From contig OZ024759.1 of NCBI GenBank assembly GCA_964016885.1, positions 12,648,001-12,712,000 of the forward strand: a DNA stretch of 64,000 nucleotides, in the 5' to 3' direction. Below are positions 14,315 through 28,266 of this stretch, piece after piece (position 1 is the first letter of the stretch; the number at the start of each line of letters is the position of its first letter). This stretch comes from Eledone cirrhosa (taxonomy: Eukaryota). The notes under the pieces were generated by a model. The model did not search any database. It was not told the DNA's origin and was given only the letters and a program-made list of their open reading frames with translations. A program made the position numbers and the translations under genes.

Positions 14315-16035
14315 TAATAATAATAATGAAAATATTGTGTACAGTGCTCAGGTGCACTACAACTCATCAAAAGTGTATGTATAGTACATAGGGTAATGTA
14401 CAAACGTCAGGAAAATGAACAGTGCATGAGTCATGGTATACACATGTGTGCATGTGTATGGAAAGGGGACATCAGGTGTAGTTTTGGCGAATTTCGGGAA
14501 GCATGAGGGTTTTAAAGGATGCAGTGTCTCAGCAGCTAACAACTGACACAGGTAGTTTGCTCCATGGAGGTTTTAAAGGATGCAGTGTCTCGGCAGCTAA
14601 CAACTGACGCAGGCAGTTTGTTCCATGGAGGTTTTAAAGGAAGCAGTGTCTCGACAGCTAACAACTGATGCAGGTAGTTTGTTCCATGGAGGTTTTAAAG
14701 GATGCAGTGTCTCGACAGCTAACAACTGACGCAGGGAGTTTGTTCCATGGAGGTTTTAAAGGAAGCAGTGTCTCGACAGCTAACAACTGATGCAGGTAGT
14801 TTGTTCCATGGAGGTTTTAAAGGAAGCAGTGTCTCGACAGCTAACAACTGATGCAGGTAGTTTGTTCCATGGAGGTTTTAAAGGATGCAGTGTCTCGACA
14901 GCTAACAACTGACGCAGGGAGTTTGTTCCATGGAGGTTTTAAAGGAAGCAGTGTCTCGACAGCTAACAACTGATGCAGGTAGTTTGTTCCATGGAGGTTT
15001 TAAAGGATGCAGTGTCTCGACAGCTAACAACTGACGCAGGGAGTTTGTTCCATGGAGGTTTTAAAGGAAGCAGTGTCTCGACAGCTAACAACTGATGCAG
15101 GTAGTTTGTTCCATGGAGGTTTTAAAGGAAGCAGTGTCTCGACAGCTAACAACTGATGCAGGTAGTTTGTTCCATGGAGGTTTTAAAGGATGCAGTGTCT
15201 CGACAGCTAACAACTGACGCAGGGAGTTTGTTCCATGGAGGTTTTAAAGGAAGCAGTGTCTCGACAGCTAACAACTGATGCAGGTAGTTTGTTCCATGGA
15301 GGTTTTAAAGGAAGCAGTGTCTCGACAGCTAACAACTGATGCAGGTAGTTTGTTCCATGGAGGTTTTAAAGGATGCAGTGTCTCGACAGCTAACAACTGA
15401 CGCAGGGAGTTTGTTCCATGGAGGTTTTAAAGGAAGCAGTGTCTCGACAGCTAACAACTGATGCAGGTAGTTTGTTCCATGGAGGTTTTAAAGGATGCAG
15501 TGTCTCGACAGCTAACAACTGACGCAGGGAGTTTGTTCCATGGAGGTTTTAAAGGAAGCAGTGTCTCGACAGCTAACAACTGATGCAGGTAGTTTGTTCC
15601 ATGGAGGTTTTAAAGGAAGCAGTGTCTCGACAGCTAACAACTGACGCAGGTAGTTTGTTCCATGCTTCAGCAACTCTAAGCGTGAAAAAATGTTTCCGAA
15701 AGTCATGGGAGCTGTACTGTTTTCTGACTTTGTAGGCATGTCCACGTGTGTTAGACACATGGAGATCAAAAAGGTGCTCAGGGTTGTTGTTGGCGAGATG
15801 GTTAATAACTTTGTGGGTGTTTACCAAGTCCATTGCCAGACGTCGGAGTTTCAATGAATCCATGCCCAGGGAAGCAAGGCGTTCAGAGTATGGTAGGTGT
15901 CTGATGGAGGGCATGCGCTTGGTTGCAGGTCTCTGAAGTTTCCAGGCGGTCAATGTTCTGAGCAAGATAGGGGTTCCAGACTGGTGATGCGAATTCCAAG
16001 TGTGGTCGTACCATAGCTGTATACAGCTTTTATAA
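14315..16035 (-). mobile_element. CR1/L2-group LINE 3' fragment
   Basis: QRRATK...L.Y.ERL..L...SL..RR...D...TRGH..K...F..RV...WN.LP; (ATT)n tail; same family at 31172-31900(+) and 43030-43806(-). Confidence 0.9.
14502..15664. repeat. 61-bp minisatellite, ~19 copies, expanded from the 3' coding end of the CR1-like LINE
   Basis: period 61; unit encodes WNKLPASVVSCRDTASFKTSM on the - strand; the segment is single-copy in the other two LINE copies. Confidence 0.95.
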
Positions 16036-16160
16036 ATTCCATTTTACCCAAACCACACTGTATCGTCCTGTACCGTCTTTAATGTCTCCTTAATGTGAAC
16101 CCTGTGTGGCTAATAAAGAAATCCTTATTATTGTAATGAACATTGTGTATTTCACCTCAG

Positions 16161-16279
16161 ATGTTCCAGGCTTTCAATAAAAGCACAAAGGAAGTGTTGA
16201 AAATGGAGACATTACGGAACCTTCTGGAGTGTTTCAACATACAGCTGGGTGGGGAAGACATGAAGAAGGTTTGGCTGCA
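16161..16279 (+). CDS. EFCAB6: EFCAB6-like exon (phase 0/2): MFQAFNKSTKEVLKMETLRNLLECFNIQLGGEDMKKVWL
   Basis: ttcacctcag acceptor, CA|gtgagt donor; EF-hand pair helix pattern. Confidence 0.8.
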
Positions 16280-16297
16280 GTGAGTGGAGATAACTTT

Positions 16298-16693
16298 GTC
16301 ATCACCATTGTCATAACTATCATCATCATCATCATCATCATCATCACCATCATTGTCACCACTATCATCATCATCATCATCATCATCATCATTGTCACCA
16401 CTATCATCATTACCATCATCATTACCATCATCATCACCACCATTGTCACCATCACCATCACCATCATCATCACCACCATCATCATCATCATCATCATCAT
16501 CATCACCAACATCATTGTCACCACCACCATCATGATCATCACCACCATCACCACCACCATCATCACCACCATCACCATCATTGTCACCATCATAATCAAC
16601 CCTATCATCACCATCACCACCACCACCATCACCATCATTATCATCATCACCACCATCACCATCATTGTCACCATCATTATCACCACCATCACT

Positions 16694-16733
<40 letters not shown>

Positions 16734-16737
16734 CCAC
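16298..16737. repeat. (CAT/CAC)n trinucleotide tract
   Basis: direct reading; a similar (GGT)n tract at ~32130-32590 and a GT-rich complex repeat at ~51205-51555. Confidence 0.95.
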
Positions 16738-16789
16738 ATGAACCAGGTGGCATGCTTTGTTCAAGAGCAAGACAATTCAATTCATATTG

Positions 16790-18856
16790 CTTATCGTTAA
16801 ATCACCCAAGAAACCTCCTATGAGATACAACTTTGTAGGAGACCAGCTAAACCTACATTGGTGTGAGCTGTAACAACTTGATAGGACTGGGGTCCCTATC
16901 ATTAAATCACCCAAGAAACCCCCTATGAGATACCACCTTGCAGGAGACCAGCTAAACCTACATTGGTGTGAGCTGTAACAACAACTTGATAGGACTGGGG
17001 TCCCTATCATTAAATCACCCAAGAAACCCCCTATGAGATACAACTTTGTAGGAGACCAGCTAAACCTACATGGTGTGAGCTGTAACAACAACTTGATAGG
17101 ACTGGGGTCCCTATCATTAAATCACCCAAGAAACCCCCTATGAGATACAACTTTGTAGGAGACCAGCTAAACCTACATTGGTGTGAGCTGTAACAACAAC
17201 TTGATAGGACTGGGGTCCCTATCATTAAATCACCCAAGAAACCCCCTATGAGATACAACTTTGTAGGAGACCAGCTAAACCTACATGGTGTGAGCTGTAA
17301 CAACAACTTGATAGGACTGGGGTCCCTATCATTAAATCACCCAAGAAACCCCCTATGAGATACAACTTTGTAGGAGACCAGCTAAACCTACATGGTGTGA
17401 GCTGTAACAACAACTTGATAGGACTGGGGTCCCTATCATTAAATCACCCAAGAAACCCCCTATGAGATACAACTTTGTAGGAGACCAGCTAAACCTACAT
17501 TGGTGTGAGCTGTAACAACAACTTGATAGGACTGGGGTCCCTATCATTAAATCACCCAAGAAACCCCCTATGAGATACAACTTTGTAGGAGACCAGCTAA
17601 ACCTACATGGTGTGAGCTGTAACAACAACTTGATAGGACTGGGGTCCCTATCATTAAATCACCCAAGAAACCCCCTATGAGATACAACTTTGTAGGAGAC
17701 CAGCTAAACCTACATTGGTGTGAGCTGTAACAACAACTTGATAGGACTGGGGTCCCTATCATTAAATCACCCAAGAAACCCCCTATGAGATACAACTTTG
17801 TAGGAGACCAGCTAAACCTACATGGTGTGAGCTGTAACAACAACTTGATAGGACTGGGGTCCCTATCATTAAATCACCCAAGAAACCCCCTATGAGATAC
17901 AACTTTGTAGGAGACCAGCTAAACCTACATTGGTGTGAGCTGTAACAACAACTTGATAGGACTGGGGTCCCTATCATTAAATCACCCAAGAAACCCCCTA
18001 TGAGATACCACCTTGTAGGAGACCAGCTAAACCTACATTGGTGTGAGCTGTAACAACAACTTGATAGGACTGGGGTCCCTATCATTAAATCACCCAAGAA
18101 ACCCCCTATGAGATACAACTTTGTAGGAGACCAGCTAAACCTACATGGTGTGAGCTGTAACAACAACTTGATAGGACTGGGGTCCCTATCATTAAATCAC
18201 CCAAGAAACCCCCTATGAGATACAACTTTGTAGGAGACCAGCTAAACCTACATTGGTGTGAGCTGTAACAACAACTTGATAGGACTGGGGTCCCTATCAT
18301 TAAATCACCCAAGAAACCCCCTATGAGATACAACTTTGTAGGAGACCAGTTAAACCTACATGGTGTGAGCTGTAACAACTTGATAAGACTGGGGTCCCTA
18401 TCATTAAATCACCCAAGAAACCCCCTATGAGATACAACTTTGTAGGAGACCAGTTAAACCTACATGGTGTGAGCTGTAACAACTTGATAGGACTGGGGTC
18501 CCTATCATTAAATCACCCAAGAAACCCCCTATGAGATACAACCTTGTAGGAGGCCAGCTAAACCTACAAAGGTGTGAGCTGTAACAACATGATAGGACTG
18601 GGGTCCCTATCATTAAATCACCCAAGAAACCTCCTATGAGATACAACCTTGTAGGAGACCAGCTAAACCTACAAAGGTGTGAGCTGTAACAACATGATAG
18701 GACTGGGGTCCCTATCATTAAATCACCCAAGAAACCCCCTATGAGATACAACCTTGTAGGAGGCCAGCTAAACCTACAAAGGTGTGAGCTGTAACAACAT
18801 GATAGGACTGGGGTCCCTATCATTAAAACACCCAAGAAACCTCCCATAAGATACAT
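16790..18856. repeat. 104-108-bp minisatellite, ~19 copies
   Basis: periods 105/108/107; contains the hairpin GATAGGACTGGGGTCCCTATC also found in the CORE-SINE body (e.g. ~42515-42540). Confidence 0.95.
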
Positions 18857-19286
18857 TGTGGTTAATAAAGAAATCATTATTATTATTATTAAGGGCAAAT
18901 CCCGCCGAGGTTAACTTTGCCTTTCATCCTTACGGGGTCGATAAAATAAAGTACCAGTAATGCACTGGGTAATTGCTGGCCTTGTACCTAAAGTAGAAAC
19001 AATTATTATTATTAAGGGCAGTGGATTGGCAGTATCGGTAGAGAGTCGGACACCATGCTTTGTGGCATATAGTTACGTCCCTTTACGGCCTGAGTTCAAA
19101 TCCTGCCGAGGTTAACTTTGCCTTTCATCCTTACGAGGTCGATAAAATAAAGTACCAGTAATGTACTGGGGTCGATTTAATCGACTTTCCCCTCCCCTTC
19201 AAATTACTGGCCTTGTGCCTATACTAGAATTCATTATTTTGTTTTGTCCTTGTTTTGCTTTCATATTTTTTCTTGTCTTTCTCAAG

Positions 19287-19430
19287 ATGTGATCCTACAA
19301 ACAAGGGATCCATCACATATGAAGAGTTCCTGAAAGGGTGTGAACTTGAGGAAGTTTCCAGACTGGGGGACTCAGGATATACTGATACAGTGTGGAAAAC
19401 AGCCAGCACCTACAACAAAAGTCTTCCACT
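19287..19430 (+). CDS. EFCAB6: EFCAB6-like exon (phase 2/2): CDPTNKGSITYEEFLKG...YNKSLP
   Basis: pyrimidine tract plus caag acceptor, CT|gtgagt donor; clear EF-hand loop DPTNKGSITYEE-F. Confidence 0.85.
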
Positions 19431-19670
19431 GTGAGTATATATTAGGGATTGCTGTAGAATAGGGCACCATTTTTATTATACAGTCATCTTTCATACACAC
19501 TCTCTCACTCACACACACACATACAGACATACAGACATAAACATACATATACACATACATAAACACACATATATACATACGTACGTACAAAATATACATA
19601 CATTCATACATATATAAATACATACATAGATTTATACATACATGCATACATACATATGTACACACACAAA

Positions 19671-19749
<79 letters not shown>

Positions 19750-19753
<4 letters not shown>

Positions 19754-20775
19754 CCATGAAAATTACATCATCTTCACAGATGATTGCCGTCTCTAATTGA
19801 TTCTTCATTGTCATCCACATCCATGGCTTCGTAGATGACTTTGTAGGCCAGCTGTAGATCTACATGGTTTACAACACAGGTGACAGAAGAGAGTTGTGCT
19901 TTCCACAGGACCGGTGGTGTCACCCTGTGGGACACAATCTTTATGTACCACCATGTGTCTTTTTAGTCCGGCACTAGTTCTACATACCTTGTTGCACATC
20001 AGGCATGTTGTTTCACCAGGTCTTTGTTGAGTGGTGTTACAGGTGGTTATCCTTTCATGTGACTTCAGGTGATTAACATAACCAGCCTTTGAGAGGAGTA
20101 CACACTGGCAGAAATTGTATGTCCAACTACTGATGACTTCATTTAGACTATGAGCGCAGCCCTTCCTGAGCTGACGCTTCAGTTGTTTATGTTCTAGACG
20201 ATAATCCTCGAAAGTTTTGCAACTGACCTTGTTGTGCTTTCTCCACTCGGCCCTATTTAGAGCTCTCTCCTCCCAGTTCTATGTATCAAATGCCAGCTCT
20301 TTGAGGTTGTTTTCGTTGCTGTCCTTGTTCCTCATTTTTGGTTTGTGTTGTGGCCTATTTCCAAGATGGAGCTCACCACAAAACAGTTGCTTCGGGATCC
20401 TGCTTTCTTTCATGTGGACGATATGTCCTGTCCAGCGCATTTGAGAAGATGTTACTTGGGACTCAATGCTTGGACATTCTGATTTGATAAGGACATGGAT
20501 GTCAGGTGTTCTGTCTTGTTACTTGATGTGGAATATGTGTCTTAAACATTTCTGCTGAAAACGCTCAAGCAATTTGTTGTGTTTGTGGAATAGTGTCCAG
20601 GTTTTGGCAGAGTATAAAAGAGCAGACAGAAGGCACTCACCTTGGTGTTGTTGGTAATGTTGCCATTTGACCAAACTCTCTTTTCCAAGTTAACGAAGGC
20701 AACAGAGGCCTTCTGGATGTGCAGATGTATTTCAGCATCCAAGGAGCCATCATTTGAGAGTGTGCTACCCAAGTA
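19750..20775 (-). mobile_element. Decayed RTE/BovB-like LINE 3' part with C-terminal C2H2 fingers
   Basis: [16 protein letters not shown]...KAS.AF..L; C..C.K.CRS.AGL.SH.RSH motifs. Confidence 0.8.
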
Positions 20776-20778
20776 CAT

Positions 20779-20809
<31 letters not shown>

Positions 20810-20861
20810 TATATATACATATATATATATATATACATACATATATACATACTTACATACT

Positions 20862-20912
<51 letters not shown>

Positions 20913-21137
20913 ATATGTATGTATGTATGTCCAACTACTATATATATATCTATCTATCTATCTAAGGCGGGTAAAATTCCCGAGATCCATGGACGAGTTC
21001 TCTCCAGCGGTCTCTGTCCCTCATTATCGCTGCCATATCCTGCATCTCCAACAGACCAGTGTCTGTCCTTAGGGCATCAACACATGTTAACCTTGGTCTT
21101 CCTCTTCTAGTGTGTCCATGTAGGGGCTCCCAAAGTT

Positions 21138-21173
<36 letters not shown>

Positions 21174-21199
21174 CATACATACATACATATATGCATACT

Positions 21200-21246
<47 letters not shown>

Positions 21247-21399
21247 GCAAACATACATACATACATAATACATACATATATACATACATATATACATACA
21301 TACATACAAACACATACACGCACTCACATACACAAACATACATACAAGAAAAAAACACATACACACCCTTATATGGACATCCCTATCCTCCATTTGTAG

Positions 21400-21478
21400 G
21401 TCCAATCAAGATATTCAATCAAAACCTCAAGACATCAGAGAGTTTCTCAATAAAAACTGTCCTGAAGAATTTTGGAAA
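21400..21478 (+). CDS. EFCAB6: EFCAB6-like exon (phase 2/0): SNQDIQSKPQDIREFLNKNCPEEFWK
   Basis: catttgtag acceptor, AAA|gtaagt donor; needed to restore phase between its neighbours. Confidence 0.8.
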
Positions 21479-21665
21479 GTAAGTAAGGCTTTGATTAATA
21501 CCTTGTTGTTGTTGTTGTTTGAGGATGGGTCTCTTCCCTCCTCCATCTCCTCCTCCACCACATTTATCATCAACATCACCATCACCATCATATACATGGT
21601 ACCTATCTCTTCAACTCGTCCTGGAGGCCACTGGAAAATGCCCGTATATATATATATATATATAT

Positions 21666-22139
21666 TGTTATACTTTGGGAGGGTCATGTTGCCAATAAGA
21701 AACACACGCACCAGTTGCTTTCACTTCAATTTATTATATATTTATAAATTTATAAATTTCTGGTTGGTTGGTTGGTTCCACAACCAGATAGTTGTTTATA
21801 TATAGTCATAGTTCTTTCGTCACACACTCTGTGACCTCTTCAGTGACTGGGGATTCCTTTGTTCTGTCCTACGCCATTTTGTTTCTGTGTGTGTGTTGTG
21901 TGCTCAGTCTGCGCATGCGCCACATCCGGGTGTCTGTGTGTGTTTATGTTCATTTATTTATTTGTTTATTTACATGTTACTGGTTGGTTGTTTGTTCTAT
22001 GTGTGTGTGTGTTTTCATTTTGTCCTTAATTGTAAGTTGTGATGTTGCTGTTCCACTCATATTTTCTATTTAATTTTGGTTGGAGTTCATTTATGTTTAT
22101 TGCCTCTTTTATGTTTATTGACCCTCCCAAAGTATAACA
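21666..22139. mobile_element. TGT...ACA MITE (Ginger-like)
   Basis: TIR TGTTATACTTTGGGAGGGTCA, ATAT on both sides. Confidence 0.7.
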
Positions 22140-22197
22140 ATATCGGTTTCAACACACGATTTCAGATAAAGAATCTTGCTAAACAAATTCAGAAACG

Positions 22198-22228
<31 letters not shown>

Positions 22229-22362
22229 AAAGTTCTATTTAAATTGTTGGGATACAACAAGCAAATATTTTTATAACTGATATAAAGCACTCAACAAATA
22301 TTTGGAGTAAAAATACGATATATTAACAAATGGAAACTATATTTATAAAACCATATTTATTT

Positions 22363-22618
22363 CATTATACATATTTCAAGGACACCAAGTTAAATTATGG
22401 TGTGCTTTCATCAGATAAAATATAATATAGATCAGTTTTATAAATAAATATTGACATACCCTTAAAGAATGTGACCATTTCTGTTGGGAGGTTCCAACAG
22501 CAATGGTTGCATTCTTTAAGGGTATGTCAATATTTATTTATAAAACTGATCTATGTTATATTTTATCTGATGAAAGCACACCATAATTTAACTTGGTGTC
22601 CTTGAAATATGTATAATG
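22363..22618. repeat. ~256-bp fold-back palindrome containing a hammerhead-like motif
   Basis: arms nearly perfectly complementary about 22490; CTGATGA at 22567-22573, hairpin, GAAA at 22604-22607. Confidence 0.9.
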
Positions 22619-23070
22619 GGTCCTATTCAGCACAGCATCTCTCCACTTGTCACAGTCCTTCGTCATCTCCTCAGTGAGTTTCAGCGATCTGAGGTCTGCT
22701 CTCACCACCTCCGTCCATGTTTTTCGTAGTCTTCCTCTACTACATTTTCCTTCTACTGGGATTTCTTGGCACTTCTTTACACAGCGGTCATCCTCCATGC
22801 GCATCATATGTCCATACCATCTCTCCTGCACACTACAACTTATCCCTCTTATACCCAGTTTCTTTCTCAACTCGTCTATGCTTGGTCGTTCACGCACATT
22901 GACATTGCACACCAGCCGTCGCATATCTTCTGCAGTTGCTGCCCATGTCTCACTACCATGCAGCATCGCGCATCTCACGAAGGCATCATATAACAGAAAT
23001 AACAACACAATCGGTACAGTATATGGAAGGGATATATTAGGTTGACGCTTGATGTGGCAGCAAGAGGGTC

Positions 23071-23100
23071 TTAACGTTTCGGGCGCTAGTCCTTCATCAG
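23071..23100 (-). ncRNA. Minimal hammerhead ribozyme motif (Penelope pLTR relic)
   Basis: - strand CTGATGA-A-GGACTAGCGCCC-GAAACGTTA; helices I and II imperfect. Confidence 0.55.
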
Positions 23101-23248
23101 AAAGAAAGATTGAGAAATAAGATAGATTGAAGGGACGGGCGGGTTGGAATTGGAAAAAAATATATACACACACACAAGACAGGCAGTGTCTTTCATTAGA
23201 AATATAGTAACGAAATAAAGGGTTAATTGAATATTTATTCTATTTCAG

Positions 23249-23434
23249 GATTTGATGGATTTAAATCAGGAGGGTAGAGTGGCCATACATTTACTGGACT
23301 TGGTGAAGTTACTGGAAAAGTACAACATCACTTTAAGTGATGACCAAGAAGAACAGCTGAGCAATAATAACTTCTGTGATCCACATGGCAATGTCGATAT
23401 GAGATTATTTACCAATACTGTCATGTTTTGTGAT
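23249..23434 (+). CDS. EFCAB6: EFCAB6-like exon (phase 0/0): DLMDLNQEGRVAIH...NTVMFCD
   Basis: tatttcag acceptor, GAT|gtaagt donor; degenerate EF-hand pair. Confidence 0.8.
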
Positions 23435-24194
23435 GTAAGTACTGGACATTGCTGGACAGTAGTGGACAGTGGTGGTGGTGGCCATAGTATCTAGAATAAG
23501 GATGGGTTGGAAGAAGTTTAGGGAGCTGCTCCCTCTGTTGACGAAGAAGGGTTTCTCCCTATGAACAAAAGGCTGGTTATATGATGCCTGTGTGAGATGT
23601 GCAATGCTGCATGGTAGTGAGACATGGGCAGCAACTGCAGAGGATATGTGACAGCTGGAGAGAGAGAAATGAAGCAAGTATGCTCTGTTGGATGTGCAAT
23701 GTCAATGTGCGGGAATGACCAAGTATAGATGAGTTGAGAGAGAAACTGTATAAGAGGGATAGGCTGTAGTGTGCGGGATAGAAGACTGAGTTGATATGGA
23801 CATGTGATGTGCATGGAGGATAACCGATGGGTGAAGAAGTGCCAAGAAATCCCAGTGGAAGGAAGACCACGAAAAACATGGGTGGAGCTGGTGAGATCTG
23901 ATCTCGGATTGCTGAAGCTCACAGAGGAGATGACGAAGGACCGTGACAAATGGAGAGATGCTGTGCTGAATAGGACCCATCCCACCCTTGCAAGCAGGGA
24001 AAAGCGGACGTGGATTGGCAGTATCGGTAGAGGGTCGGACGCCATGCTTTCCAGCATAGTTACGTCCCTTTACGATCTGAGTTCAAATCCCGCCGAGGTT
24101 GACTTTGCCATTCATCCTTACGGGGTCGATAAAATAAAGTACCAGTAATGCACTGGGTAATTGCTGGCCTTGTGCCTAATGTAGAAACAATTAT

Positions 24195-26355
24195 TATATA
24201 TCTATATATCACCATATATAATATTGTGTATTATATATCTATATATCACCATATATAATATTGTGTATTATATATCTATATATCACCATATATAATATTG
24301 TGTATTATATATCTATATATCACCATATATAATATTGTGTATTATATATCTATATATCACCATATATAATATTGTGTATTATATATCTATATATCACCAT
24401 ATATAATATTGTGTATTATATATCTATATATCACCATATATAATATTGTGTATTATATATCTATATATCACCATATATAATATTGTGTATTATATATCTA
24501 TATATCACCATATATAATATTGTGTATTATATATCTATATATCACCATATATAGTCTTGTGTATTATATATCTATATATCACCATATATAGTCTTGTGTA
24601 TTATATATCTATATATCACCATATATAGTCTTGTGTATTATATATCTATATATCACCATATATAGTCTTGAGTATTATATATCTATATATCACCATATAT
24701 AATATTGTGTATTATATATCTATATATCACCATATATAGTCTTGTGTATTATATATCTATATATCACCATATATAATATTGTGTATTATATATCTATATA
24801 TCACCATATATAATATTGAGTATTATATATCTATATATCACCATATATAATATTGTGTATTATATATCTATATATCACCATATATAATATTGTGTATTAT
24901 ATATCTATATATCACCATATATAATATTGTGTATTATATATCTATATATCACCATATATAATATTGTGTATTATATATCTATATATCACCATATATAATA
25001 TTGAGTATTATATATCTATATATCACCATATATAATATTGTGTATTATATATCTATATATCACCATATATAATATTGTGTATTATATATATCTATATATT
25101 ATCACCATATATAATATTGAGTATTATATATCTATATATCACCATATATAATATTGTGTATTATATATATCTATATATTATCACCATATATAATATTGAG
25201 TATTATATATCTATATATCACCATATATAATATTGTGTATTATATATATCTATATATTATCACCATATATAATATTTAGTATTATATATCTATATATCAC
25301 CATATATAATATTGTGTATTATATATCTATATATCACCATATATAATATTGTGTATTATATATCTATATATCACCATATATAGTATTGTGTATTATATAT
25401 CTATATATCACCATATATAATATTGTGTATTATATATATCTATATATTATCACCATATATAATATTGAGTATTATATATCTATATATCACCATATATAAT
25501 ATTGTGTATTATATATCTATATATCACCATATATAATATTGTGTATTATATATCTATATATCACCATATATAATATTGTGTATTATATATCTATATATCA
25601 CCATATATAATATTGTGTATTATATATCTATATATCACCATATATAATATTGTGTATTATATATCTATATATCACCATATATAATATTGTGTATTATATA
25701 TCTATATATCACCATATATAATATTGTGTATTATATATCTATATATCACCATATATAATATTGTGTATTATATATCTATATATTATCACCATATATAATA
25801 TTGTGTATTATATATCTATACATCACCATATATAATATTGTGTATTATATATCTATATATCACCATATATAATATTGTGTATTATATATCTATATATTAT
25901 CACCAGATATAATATTGTGTATTATATATCTATATATTATCACCAGATATAATATTGTGTATTATATATCTATATATTATCACCATATATAATATTGTGT
26001 ATTATATATCTATATATTATCACCATATATAATATTGTGTATTATATATCTATATATCACCATATATAGTCTTGTGTATTATATATCTATATATCACCAT
26101 ATATAATATTGTGTATTATATATCTATATATCACCATATATAATATTGTGTATTATATATCTATATATCACCATATATAATATTGTGTATTATATATCTA
26201 TATATCACCATATATAATATTGTGTATTATATATCTATATATCACCATATATAATATTGTGTATTATATATCTATATATCACCATATATAGTCTTGAGTA
26301 TTATATATCTATATATCACCATATATAATATTGTGTATTATATATCTATATATCA
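24195..26355. repeat. 37-bp AT-rich minisatellite, ~57 copies, followed by a more degenerate AT-rich array (~26715-27955)
   Basis: unit ATATATCTATATATCACCATATATAATATTGTGTATT; period 37. Confidence 0.95.
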
Positions 26356-28012
26356 TATAGATATCATGTTCAACACTCTACTGATACTCCCAATCCCAAA
26401 TCCTATAAAACATTATATAAATCTATGTAATACACAATATTATATATCACCATATATAATATTGTGTATTATATATCTACATAGATTTATATAATGTTTT
26501 ATAGGATTTTGGATTGGGAGTATCAGTAGAGTGTTGAACACCATGCATTGCAGAATAGAGTTACTGCCCTTTACGTTGTAAGTTCAAATCACACTGTGGC
26601 CAGCTCTGCCTTTCATCCTTACGGGGTCAATAAAATAAAGCACCAGTAATGCACGGGTTGATTTAATCAACTTTCCCCTCCCAAATTGTTGACCTTGTGC
26701 CTAAAATCAGAAATCTATATATCTTATATATAATATTGTATATTATCATATATCTATATATAATATTGTATACTAATATATATCTATAGTTATATATAAT
26801 ATTGTATGTTATTATATATCTATATATAATATTGTATACTTATATATATCTATAGTTATATATAATGTTGTATATTATTATATATCTATATATAATATTG
26901 TATACTAATATATATCTATAGTTATATATAATATTGTATGTTATTATATATCTATATATAATATTGTATACTAATATATATCTATAGTTATATATAATGT
27001 TGTATATTGTTATATATATCTCTATATAATATTGTATACTAATATATATCTATAGTTATATATAATATTGTATATTATTATATATCTATATATAATATTG
27101 TATACTAATATATATCTATAGTTATATATAATGTTGTATATTGTTATATATAATGTTGTATATTGTTATATATAATATTGTATATTATCATATATCTATA
27201 TATAATATTGTATACTAATATATATCTATAGTTATATATAATGTTGTATATTTATATATATAATGTTGTATGTTATTATATATATCTATATATAATATTG
27301 TATACTAATATATATCAATAGTTATATATAATGTTGTATATTATCATATATCTATATATAATATTGTATACTAATATATATCTATAGTTATATATAATGT
27401 TGTATGTTATTATATATCTATATATAATATTGTATATTATCATATATATATAGTTCTATATAATGTTATATGTTATTATATATCTATATATAATATTTGT
27501 TTCTACTTTAGGCACAAGGCCAGCAATTACCCAGTGCATTACTGGTACTTTATTTTATCGACCCCGTAAGGATGAAAGGCAAAGTAAACCTCGGCGGGAT
27601 TTGAACTCAGATCGTAAAGGGACGTAACTATGCTGGAAAGCATGGCGTCCGACTCTCTACCAATATATAATATTGTATACTAATATATATCTATAGTTAT
27701 ATATAATGTTGTATGTTATTATATATATCTATATATAATATTGTATAGTAATATATATCTATAGTTATGTATAATGTTGTATATTGTTATATCTAATGTT
27801 GTATATTATTATATATCTATATATAATATTGTATAGTAATATATATCTATAGTTATGTATAATGTTGTATATTGTTATATCTAATGTTGTATATTGTTAT
27901 ATCTAATGTTGTATATTGTTATATCTCATGTTGTATATTATTATATATAATATTGTCTGTTGAATGTGTTGAGTCAATATTGACACCAATGTTTTCCATT
28001 GTATTTTATCAG

Positions 28013-28225
28013 ACTAAAAGACCGAATTTGTCGACCAATTTGTCCGGAATTGGTGGTTTATCTTACAAAGAGATGCACGACATGGTCCGTAAAATAGTCT
28101 TCTTAAACAAGAAAGACATACTTGCTGCCTTCCATAAGTGTGACTACGCTTCACTGAACTGTGTTAATAAAGAAGACTTTATATATATATTAAAGTCATT
28201 TGGACTGAACTGGGATAATAACACG
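28013..28225 (+). CDS. EFCAB6: EFCAB6-like exon (phase 0/0): TKRPNLS...DILAAFHKCDYASLNCVNKEDFIYILKSFGLNWDNNT
   Basis: ttttatcag acceptor, ACG|gtaagc donor; AF..CD.....V.KEDF EF-hand-like motif. Confidence 0.85.
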
Positions 28226-28266
28226 GTAAGCAAGCAGATGGTTGTTTAACCCTTTAGCATTTACTC

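Noticed and set aside
16157-16780. Asp/Gly-rich, poly-Met and poly-Ile ORFs
   Set aside because: Translations of a (CAT/CAC)n tract; the real exon ends at 16279.
16790-18856. CRISPR-like appearance of the regular arrays (also 47207-50507 and 62871-64000)
   Set aside because: Units are contiguous with no unique spacers, there are no cas genes, and the context is eukaryotic.
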